DNA from: Ginkgo biloba
Taxonomy: Eukaryota; Plantae; Ginkgophyta
Assembly: GCA_024626585.2 (NCBI GenBank)
Contig: JANKJI020000001.1
Coordinates: 9,679,749 to 9,699,626 of the forward strand
Direction: 5' to 3'
Length of the DNA stretch: 19,878 nt
Numbering within the stretch: the first letter of the stretch is position 1; each line of letters opens with the position of its first letter. The notes under the pieces were generated by a model that saw nothing but the letters and a program-made list of their open reading frames with translations, was not told the origin of the DNA and searched no databases. A program made the translations under genes and the position numbers. Of this stretch, positions 10,141 to 19,878 are shown one piece after another.

Positions 10141-12330
10141 TCAATATGATTAAGGGAGTTTTTGAATGGATAGTTATGACATTTGGGCTAACTAATGCAC
10201 TAGAAACATTTGTGAGGTTGCTAAATGAGGTCTTCAGACCATACATAAATTCATTTATCATAATCTATTTGGATGACATACTAATTTATATAAATATATG
10301 GAGGACCATTTGGAGAATATTGGGATCATTCTTGAAGCATTTAAGGAGTAACTTCAAGTGAATGTAAAGAAGTTTAATTTTGTAGAAAAGGAGTTGATCT
10401 ACCTAATATTTAAGGTAGATGTAGTAGGGATTACATTCAACCCTACTAATATTGAAGTCATCTTGAAGTAGCTAGTACCAAATAATTTGTATGAACTTAT
10501 AATATTCATGGAATTGGCCAACTATCTAAGAAATTTTATTCTAGGATATTCTAATATAGCCTTACCCTTGAATACATTGGCAAAGGGGAAGAAAACTTAC
10601 ATTTATGATGAGAGATAATAGACATATTTTGATAAGATCAAGTACTAAATTTATAATCCCCCTACGATGGAATTACCCAATATGAGATTGTAATTTGAGA
10701 TTGAAGTGGATGCATTAGGACATACACAAGGAGCGGTCTTGATCTAGCTAGGCAAGCCAGTTGCCTATAATTTTGAGAATTTTTCAAGAGAAGTACAAGG
10801 GTACTCCACTTACNNNNNNNNNNNATGATAAATAGATATATGCATTAGTATAAGAAGTGAAACATTGAAAATATTACCTACTTGGGAAGGAGACCATTTT
10901 AAATTTAGACCATAAACCACTTTAGTACGTTCAAAATCAATCCATGCCATAAAATGCTCTAAATATCAAATGGATGACTTATTTGTATAAGTTTAATATT
11001 TTAATAAGGTATAAGAAAGGTACCAATAATCAAATTATTGATTTTATCTCAAGATTATCGCTTACTTTATTGAGCTCTTTTTTCTGATTAGACCAATTTG
11101 AATTTGAGTAATTAAAGGATCTCTACAAGGATGACAAAGATTTTATAGAGATATAATTTGTTATGTATCATCCAATGATGCTATGGGATGAGCATCTCAA
11201 GTATTATTACCTATAATATGGAGTGTTGTATAATTTAAGTACAATCTATGTGTTGTAGGGAGGGAACCAAATTTAGATATTTTATAAATCTCACCATTAT
11301 AAGGTGGAAGGGTACTTTGGAGTGTAAAGACTCTACACAACTTGTAGAGGTATTTCCATGGGCCATAGATGGCCAAGGATTTTTATAAGTTTATCAAGGA
11401 ATGTTCATCATGACATATTTTCAAACTAAGGAATAGAAATACTTGTAAGTACCTTCCTATACTTGTACCATCTTGATCATGGGAATATATCTCCATGGAT
11501 TTTCTTGGTGTATTTCCAACCATCCAAAGGAGAAATGATTAATTATTTATAGTAGTGGACAAGTTTAGTAAGATAGTTATCCTAATTCCCTACAAGAAAA
11601 TTATCATAGGATAGAAAGTAGTAAAATTATTCTTTGAAAATGTATGGGTACACTTTGAATTACTCATGTCCATCATATTTTATCAAGATAGTATATTTAT
11701 TGACCATTTTATGTTGACCCTCTAGGAATTAATGGATACCAGGATAAAAAGGAGTATCATATTTTATGCATAGATTGATGGATACTCTAAGGTTATCAAA
11801 AAAAAAAATCATCTTTTGAGAATGGATAATCATAACCATCCCAATTCCTAGGATTAAAGTATCCCATATATCTAGTATACCTACACCAGATCTATTCATA
11901 AGAGCACCCAAGTTTCTCCATTTGAAGCTTGTTTGGGATTCTTGCTAACGGATCTGATGGCCATAAGAAATATAATTTCATAATTCAATTCAATAAAATA
12001 AAGAGAGGCTTAATGATAATTAGTGAATTTTGCTGAGAAAATAAAATAAGTACATAAATAGTTTTAAGAAACTCTATTTTAGATTCAGTAAAAATAAAAA
12101 GGTGGGTATAATAAGCATAAGTCTCAGCACCAATTTTAAGGGGGAGATTAGGTATGGATGTATCTACTAAGGAAATATTTAAAGGGAATAATTTGAATAT
12201 GACTCCCATAAGATATGTTCATTTTTTTAATCTTAGATTAAATAGGATGGATTTTTTTTAAGTTGTATTTATCGCCATACATAGGGATCCACCCAACTTT
12301 TAATGTTAATAGACTAAAGACCTATGAAAC
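10141..12330 (+). mobile_element. Degenerate Ty3/Gypsy LTR retrotransposon pol (RT - RNase H - integrase)
   Basis: RT: FEWIVMTFGLTNA..IYLDDILIY (YLDD 10266-10277), then ANYLRNFILGYSNIALPL. RNase H: FEIEVDA..GAVL..GKPVAY..YST..DK..YYLLGKE..DHKPL..IRYKKG..D..SR. Integrase: WEYISMDF (~11480-11503), VVDKFSK, VWVHF, and C-terminal IHPTFNV (12287-12307). RT-RH-INT order defines Gypsy. Many stops and frameshifts. Confidence 0.95.
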
Positions 12331-12588
12331 CTCCATATATGATGGAGATAAATTTGAAAAGTGATTTGAATACCTCCACTAGAATAGATCATTATATATG
12401 AGTAGAAGTCTCTAAGAGAATATATAATTCTATTGAGCAAAGAAAGGGAATTTGGGTAAGGTGTTTCCAAGTTGTATAGAATTTAAAACAAAGGATGATT
12501 ACCTCAAGAAAGAAAATGGTTTATAAAGGAGAAAATTAGAAAGGAAATTCAAAATATTATTGAGAAAATGATGGATACCATCATTCTC

Positions 12589-13633
12589 AAGAAAGTGGAG
12601 GTCTAATTCATGGTCATAAATGATAAAAATATAATAAAAGAATGACATTTTAGGCTTAAAAATAGGGAATTTTGGTTATATAAAATTTTCTATAAATTTG
12701 GATAGTTTTACAATAAGAAAATTAGATTTTAAAAAATTAGACATTAAGAGCTTAGTGTTGATATCTTGTTTGCAAAAAATAGAGTCTAGACATGAATGTT
12801 ACACCCTCTAAACACTACCTCTAGTTTTTTATGTAGGTAATTTGATTTCAACATTATTTATGGAAGGTCCATCAACTCACGAAAACTTACCTCTAATATT
12901 TTATGTTGGTAACTTACCTTCAATATTTTATGAAGGTTAATTCTTTTAGGTCCATCTTATAATGAGAAAAAGTGACGAAAGCTTACCTATAACATTTTAT
13001 GTGGGTAATTTACCTTTAATATTTTATGAAGGCAAAATATTATAGGTTCGTCTTATTATTGATTAAAAGTGACAATAATTGAGGAAAAGTCCATTAAGTG
13101 ACAAAAATTTACCTACATATTTTTATGTAGGTACCTTACTTTTAATATTTTATGAAGGTATGTTATTGTAGGTCATTCTTATAATAGGAAAAGTCTTTGA
13201 TAACAATTAAGAGAAACCCTGTTGAGTTTAACTACAATTTTTTATGTAGGTAAGTTATTAAAAGGAAACTTTTAAGTGATAAAGTTAAATTATAAAGTAA
13301 CTTTTATTTTATAAAATCATGCTATAAAGTGATTCACTTTATAAAGAAAAGCTATAAAGTGAGATTATTTTAAAAGGAGAGAAGACTTGAACCTATAACC
13401 ACTTATAATGTTCACTTATGGAGGAAATACAACCTCCAAATCTGCCTCGAAATGGTTGAAACAATTAAATTGATAAATGCAGTGGAGGAAGAGGAAAGGA
13501 ATAGTCACCAAGGCAGTGGAAGAGGAGTTCCCATGAATAAAAGGGGAATTTTTGGGATTTGAGAAGACTTTTGATTCTTGAAAGCTTGGGAAGCCTGCAA
13601 CAAAACTTGAATTGAGGAGTTCTCTTGTAATCT
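12589..13633 (+). mobile_element. Polypurine tract and probable 3' LTR of the Gypsy element
   Basis: AAGAAAGTGGAGG (12589-12601) lies after the integrase tail and is followed by AT-rich non-coding sequence with tandem sub-repeats, as expected for U3. The right end is unresolved (gap at 13634). Confidence 0.5.
12816..13253. repeat. Higher-order array of ~26-bp imperfect palindromes (TTACCTNNAATATTTTATGNAGGTAA)
   Basis: Units start at ~12816, 12841, 12887, 12914, 12983, 13010, 13109, 13136 and 13228. They occur in pairs, the three best-preserved pairs 27 bp apart, separated by related spacers (TAGGTCCATCTTATAAT..AAAAGTGAC). Confidence 0.85.
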
Positions 13634-14456
13634 NNNNNNNNNNNNNNNNNNNNNNNNNNNNNNNNNNNNNNNNNNNNNNNNNNNNNNNNNNNNNNNNNNN
13701 NNNNNNNNNNNNNNNNNNNNNNNNNNNNNNNNNAGGCAAACTCATCATGGTGCAACTCTTCATGATCTTATAGGAGAAGAAGCACACGCCATTACCATGT
13801 ATTAAGATATGATTTTTTAATGTATTTATATTACAATAAATTATCCTTAATAATATGAGTATTTTAAAACTCCAATTCCACTATTGATATACATTTGAAA
13901 TAAACATTCTCCAGATTAGAGAACCATACATAATAATCAATTGGATAAGAAAGTTCTGTAATAATAAGTTTGGTAAGAACATCAAAAAGTTATTTAGAAG
14001 ATTATGGTATTAAAATAAATTATTTATGCTTGCCTTACTTATCTGTGCATTTCTATATAGATGATGATTTCAAATGATAAAATATAGTATATAATAAAAA
14101 AAACACGTTAATTTAACTACCCTTAATTAATGGGGAAAATGGAAAAAGAATAAAAATATAAGGAAGAATATTAAACATAAAAAGTATAAAAGTTGGTAAA
14201 TATTGAATAGTATTTTAAATATTTAATAAATTGAATCTTATTAAATTCCCACCCCACTCTCTACACAGGGCTCATTTATTCTATTCTCATTATATTAGTT
14301 TACATAGGACCTTTTTGAAACTTTCATTTTACTAGTAATTTATTTTCTACATTATTTTATCTCTATACATGAATGAAAATAACATACCAAAATTTTGTTT
14401 ATAGGGTTAATTATACACACATCTCTACTAAATTTTGAATATTAAAATAAAGTTAG

Positions 14457-14712
14457 CGTAGTGACCCCAATGGGGTTATTTACTCAAAATTCGCATTAAT
14501 TAATCTAAACCACAAAACTATGGTACCATACATGTGAATCATTCACCATATATAATGAATAAGCCACACCAAAGATCAATAGATCAAAATATAATGTTCA
14601 TAATGTCATAAAGGACTCATTTGATTTCAAAAGTCACCAATGAATAAAATGCTTTATAAAAGATTCCAAATCATATAAGTATACATTACATGTAGGGATT
14701 AAGTACCTTATA
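14457..14712 (-). mobile_element. LTR-end-like repeat, copy 1
   Basis: Colinear with 16765-17019, e.g. AATAGATCAAAATATAATGTTCATAATGTCATAAA vs AATAGATCATAATATAACATTCATAATATCATAAA, and ATTCCAAATCATATAAGTATA vs ATTCCAAATCACATAAGTATA. It starts CGTAGTGACCCC, similar to TGTA(A/G)CGACCC LTR termini. Confidence 0.65.
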
Positions 14713-16750
14713 GACTCAAATGAGCCTTCCTAGAATAAACCTTAGACTAGCTCTTCTTTGAACCTACTTATGGTTAGTCTTACAAACACGGGCTCACCAT
14801 TAGCCACCTACATAATCAATATAATGAATCATAATCATATATATTATTTTATGGACATAGCATGCCATATTCTCTTAACATGATTTTCCCTTGAAGCATG
14901 AGTCTCCATTATTTATGTAACCTTTTACATCTATACATCCTCTTCTTTAAAATTTTAAAGTCTTCCTTTACAACCATTCCATTCCATCCCTTCTTTAGAT
15001 ACTTTTCTCTCAAGCACTAATTTACATCAGTTTGCATCCCCTTCTCTTATCATCATTCTTCTTTGATCAATTTCTTCCATCTCAATCTTTAAATAGGTTT
15101 GGTTCTCTAAGTGAATTTAAACCAATAATCTAATAATGTGGGTATGTAGTCTCATCATTTAAGTTCTTATTAGTAAGAATATCTATACAGTTCCACTTGC
15201 TTATCTCTTGATTCTTATTTTGTAGTGGATGAGGTATTATTATGAAGAGTTTTTACATGCTTATCATTCATTCTTTATTCTTGCTTTGAATGTTGACTTT
15301 ACATGTTATTAGGATATTCAACTTTGACCTATTTTTAATTTGATATGATATGCATCATTGCCTCATTTGATGTTGAAGGCATTGGCATTATAAGAACTTT
15401 AAGAGAAATCCATCCCATTGTGCACAAGCCTCTGAATTCTATATCAACGGTCTCATCTTTCATCACATTTATGTCTTGGTTAAGTAGTTCATATTTAGTT
15501 TCTTTGTTGTATTATTATACTTCTTTCTCTTTTTTATACTCATCACTTATAACATGCTCTTCAACCTCACTTTTTTCTTCTTCTTCTTCTTTTGATCTTG
15601 ATCATCATCATCTTTTCCTTCCTCCTCATGGTAATGTACTTTTTCTTTTCTTTTAATGTGTTGCTTTTGAATCTTTTTTAAATTCTATAATTTAGTTCAT
15701 ATTCATTAAATATTTCCTTTAATCCTTCCCACCTTACCTTTCAGTTTGCCTTTAATTTTATCTCTCTTTTGTCTTTTGGTTTATTCCATCCAATAAATAG
15801 TTATACCCTAGATTTCAATATGCCATCATTATACTTATTTTAAAACTTATCTTTTAAAAGTTATTGTTGAGTCATTAGGTGGTAAATTCCTAAGTCACTT
15901 ATATAAAAATTGATTAGTAGAATCTAAAAAATCTATATATACAAATATTTACTAGAAATTTTATTGTCTACACCTATAATTTTATCCATTTTACTTTGTC
16001 CTAAAAATAAGGCCTTAAATACCAACCCAATTTGCTTGTAGTGTTATGAGAGCTCTTTAAATCTAATCAAGATTAAATTTTCTTTAATTTTGACTATCCT
16101 AAACTAAATATTTTGATTGTGAAGTTTTTTTGAAGGAAAAAAAAAGATAAAATTGCCATTTTTCATGTTAAATGTTAGTAGAAACACTAAATTTGGCTNN
16201 NNNNNNNNNNNNNNNNNNNNNNNNNNNNNNNNNNNNNNNNNNNNNNNNNNNNNNNNNNNNNNNNNNNNNNNNNNNNNNNNNNNNNNNNNNNNNNNNNNNN
16301 NNNNNNNNNNNNNNNNNNNNNNNNNNNNNNNNNNNNNNNNNNNNNNNNNNNNNNNNNNNNNNNNNNNNNNNNNNNNNNNNNNNNNNNNNNNNNNNNNNNN
16401 NNNNNNNNNNNNNNNNNNNNNNNNNNNNNNNNNNNNNNNAAATATGTGCCTTGATGTCTACTTTTAGGATAGATAAGAATTTATTATAAATTCTAAAAAG
16501 ACCTCTGTAAATGCTTCCTCTTTTTGTTAAACCCCTCTAAAAAGACTCAAAATAGGTGAATTTTTAGGTTAATTTTGATTTCTTGATTTTGAATGCCTTT
16601 TCACGAGTTCTTAATTCAAATAAGATGGTTTTTTTTTAAATTGTACATTTAGCTTGATCTTTTAGAATATGTAATAAAATTCTCAAAGTTTTATCTTCAT
16701 GCACAAATTTAATAGACTTTGGTCATATCTCATTAAGTATTAAGGACTCA

Positions 16751-16762
16751 ACTCTAATACCA
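16751..16762 (-). promoter_or_regulatory. Primer-binding site, tRNA-iMet type
   Basis: The minus strand reads ..TGCA-AA-TGGTATTAGAGT, a 10/12 match to canonical TGGTATCAGAGC, at the expected 2-nt spacing from a CA terminus. Confidence 0.65.
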
Positions 16763-16764
16763 TT

Positions 16765-17019
16765 TGCAACTACCTAAATAGGGTTATTCTACTCATATTT
16801 CACAAAAAAATGATATATAATGCTAAAAATATAGTAACGTACACATGAATCATGCATTAAAAAATAAATAATCCATGCCACAAAGGCAAATAGATCATAA
16901 TATAACATTCATAATATCATAAAATAATTTACTTGAGTCTAAAAGTTGTTATTGATGCTCTATAAAAAATTCCAAATCACATAAGTATATGTTATAGATA
17001 AGGCTTTAGTGCCCTTATA
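16765..17019 (-). mobile_element. LTR-end-like repeat, copy 2 (5' LTR side, next to PBS)
   Basis: Diverged direct repeat of 14457-14712, 2 bp from a PBS-like sequence. Confidence 0.65.
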
Positions 17020-19422
17020 ATCTAAAACATAGAATGCATATAATGAAAGAAAATCAAAAGTTATATAATTGGCATTCACGAGAGGTAATCATATGCAAAA
17101 TATTACTTTTATTAAAGAAAAGAAAAATGCAATGCTCTATAGAGCTTTATAATAAACTTGAAAGTAGAATCAAAGTTTATAATTCATAGAGCTAAATATC
17201 CCTTAAGATAAGATTTATTATTAAAGTGTACAACATTACTATCTTACGTAAGTATCAACTTATAATTTGTAGAATAAGAGCTTAAGCTTAAAGCTTGAAG
17301 AAGAACGAAGAATAATTGAAGAACCATCTTTGACCTCTACTAACACTTGGTCTTCTTTTTGTGTCTCTCCCTTTTTGTTGGTCATAAAAAGGAATATAAA
17401 AAGGATTAAAGAGAACGAACCCCTCCTTCTGATCTCTAATGAGATTTTATAATTTTTTTAGTTGTAAATCTTGAGGTAGTTATAAAGTTATTCATTTTAA
17501 CTCCTTGGCTAAAATTAGATGACATGGATACTTGCGATATGGTAAAGGAGTTAATGTGATAATTGAGTTACTATGTTGATAACTCTCAAGCATTTTATCA
17601 TATTGTTGGGACAGTTTATCCCCTTATTAGAGCCTTTTACTAATTATAAGGCCTTTTGTAATTTATATAATTTATCATACCATTGTGCTTTAATCTACAC
17701 CATCGATTTGTTAGAGTCAATCTTAGAAATTGCTCTATTATATCCACTGATTATGTTTGAGCACTTTGTATTTTATAGCTTAATGTGACTTTATGATCCA
17801 TCTTGCGCTATGGATCACAGTGGGTGGATCTAGATCATTGATTAGAGTCCCTTATTATTTCACATCCTTTTGTAATGTCACAACTTTTTGTCATTTTGAA
17901 AACATCCTCTAACTTTAGAACATGTTGTGCTAAGGCATTAACTTAGATATTTTATTGAGTTTTAGATGATTTATCCATCCTACAAAAGCACACCTTCTTC
18001 AATCTATTAATAGAATCTAAAACCCTATTATATACAGATTCTGAATTAATCAACCTCTTAGAATTAGATTGTATCATGATAATAGATAAAACATAAAGTT
18101 TAGCTTTTACTCATAGTTGTTAGAACTTATTATAGATGCCACAAGTCATTGTAATTTTATAATTATGTGCGACTTTGACAATTCCCTTTACAGATTTTTT
18201 TCTTAGTGAAAATCATAAAATTTAAAAATTAACCATATAGTGAATTGGGCTATAGATCTCAACCCCGCTAGTTGTGCTACCCCTAGGATCTCATCATGGG
18301 TTGTTGTCCCTTAGACCTCATTAGTAATTTTAGTTTTAGTCCCAACAATAAAACATAATTGATTTTTAGACCAATTTGGTGGCTTTTCTTAACTTTATCC
18401 ACTTCCTACCAATGTTAAATTGAAGCCAATAAGTATCTTCTTCTTTAGATTTAACCCAGATCATTTTATATACTCAAAATGAACTTCTTAGCATAAACCC
18501 TACCCTACCTTTACTTTGTACCTGCTTATGGTTCCTTCACAAATATGGGCCCACTAATTATCTTTTACATAATTAATATAGTTATCCATAATCATATATA
18601 TTATTTTGGGGACATAATAGTTAGAGCAAATGATTTAAGAATAATTTGGGTATTGAATTGAATTCAAATTAGAATTAGGAATGAGGTACAAATCAACACA
18701 TTTTTCACATAAATTTGATTGATCATTTGCCATGTATCTTAAAGGGTTTGATTCTATCTATTGCATACCTTTTTTTCAAGTTTTTTTCTTTATTTTTTGT
18801 GCATGTGCATACGTGTGTATTGTAAGCCTTAATTAAAATCTTTGGAGAGCGAAATTGTGAGGAAATGCCTCGCTCGCACTGAACAACAGGTCAATCTCCC
18901 TCTGCTCTCAACTTCTTATTTAGGTATGGTTGCAGCCCTCCATCCCATGTTAGTACGGCATTTTGCACATACATTTTTCTCTTCTTTCACAATTATTTAA
19001 CGAGCATCAGAAAAATATAGCCACAGCTCCATGAATCTGTAGAGACCGCAGATTGGAATTTACCATTCGGAACAACACTGTATCCTTGAGGCCACAGAGA
19101 GCCTGGAAAGAAACACAATGCCTGCAAGGATTCTGACTAATGCCACGGCGAACTTACGCTTACCGTCCTTTTCTTTTCACTTTTTCCCTCATCTTCCTCC
19201 AGTTCTCAGATCTGTTGCTCCAAGAGGCTGTGTATTTCTCTTTGCATCCGCAATCTCAAGCTCTTGTTGTTGCTTTGATCCCACTTATATGTTTTTAGCA
19301 TTCATTTGCTATTTAACTCTTCCCGGCATTTGATGCTTTGCAACTAATGCGCTTGTTTACTAGAGTACGGAATTAATTGGACGGATTATCTACCTCAACT
19401 GGGAGGATGTGAAATCTGCCAA

Positions 19423-19789
19423 TTGGGTCGTTGTGATTATGGGTTGGCTGATTGTCTAGCCAGTGATGATAGTATCTTTTACCTATACTTGTGGCTTCCT
19501 ACCAGAACAAGCCACTGAAAAACTCTACTGAGACAGAGATAGGCTGTTAAGAACATAGAGAAGATAGGATGGGTTGTCGGTTAGATCTAGCATGGCTTTG
19601 AGTTGGCAACTCTCCTAGGATTACCTCATCGAGATCGCTGGGGAAGAAGATCAGGTTGGCCCTTGCAAACAGCTTGATGCACTATATCTCTTCAACCCTT
19701 CGAATAAAATGTGTCAAGAGGAAGAAAAAGCCATGCCATGGACTGACTTCATTGTCTCCACTCCATAGGATCTACGAGATTGCCTCAAG
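19423..19789 (+). other. trnA-UGC: Plastid-derived (NUPT) fragment: 5' part (about domain I) of the trnA-UGC group II intron
   Basis: Colinear with the remembered land-plant plastid intron: TTGGGTCGTTG.GATTA.GGGTTGG, GATAGTATCTT.TACCT, GCCACTGAAA.ACTCTACTGAGACA, GGGGAAGA.GATCA.GTTGGCCCTTGC.AACAGCTTGATGCACTAT, TTCAACCCTT, CCATGGAC.GAC, TCTCCAC.CC.TAGGA.CTACGAGAT. Differences are mostly C>T/G>A transitions plus short deletions. Confidence 0.9.
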
Positions 19790-19878
19790 TTATACTAATT
19801 TGATTAGGCATGGATACATTTAGACTGGAGATGCTCTAGGCATTCCCCCTTGATGTTCTGCCATATGCTGAATTTTGC

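Noticed and set aside
10814-10824. 11-N gap inside RNase H as an insertion site
   Set aside because: The flanks join to the expected YSTYDK motif; likely a scaffolding artefact.
12816-13253. CRISPR-like look (palindromic repeats with spacers)
   Set aside because: The spacers are homologous to each other, the repeats are degenerate and paired, there are no cas genes, and the context is a eukaryotic LTR.
19118-19333. 71-aa plus-strand ORF (MPARILT..)
   Set aside because: Pyrimidine-rich, low-complexity translation with no recognisable domain; not supportable as a CDS.
19383-19422. tRNA-Ala exon 1 as a functional tRNA gene
   Set aside because: Only vestigial similarity; the anticodon arm is disrupted, and neither exon 2 nor intron domains V/VI are in the window.

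Overview
AT-rich, CpG-depleted plant nuclear DNA with spliceosomal introns, microsatellites and nine N gaps; it is not prokaryotic. Main contents: (1) the last four exons of a divergent CYP701 (ent-kaurene oxidase-like) cytochrome P450 on + (~1659-3043), with an in-frame TAG at a normally conserved Trp and an atypical I-helix; (2) a ~310-bp foldback element (3809-4119); (3) compound microsatellites, two of which share a 41-bp leader; (4) a heavily decayed Ty3/Gypsy pol (RT-RNaseH-integrase, ~10141-12330) followed by a probable 3' LTR holding an array of paired 26-bp palindromes; (5) further LTR remnants, including two diverged ~255-bp copies, one next to a tRNA-Met PBS; (6) a plastid-derived copy of roughly domain I of the trnA-UGC group II intron (19423-19789) beside a CpG-retaining gene-like island. 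Homology calls rest on remembered family motifs, not database searches.
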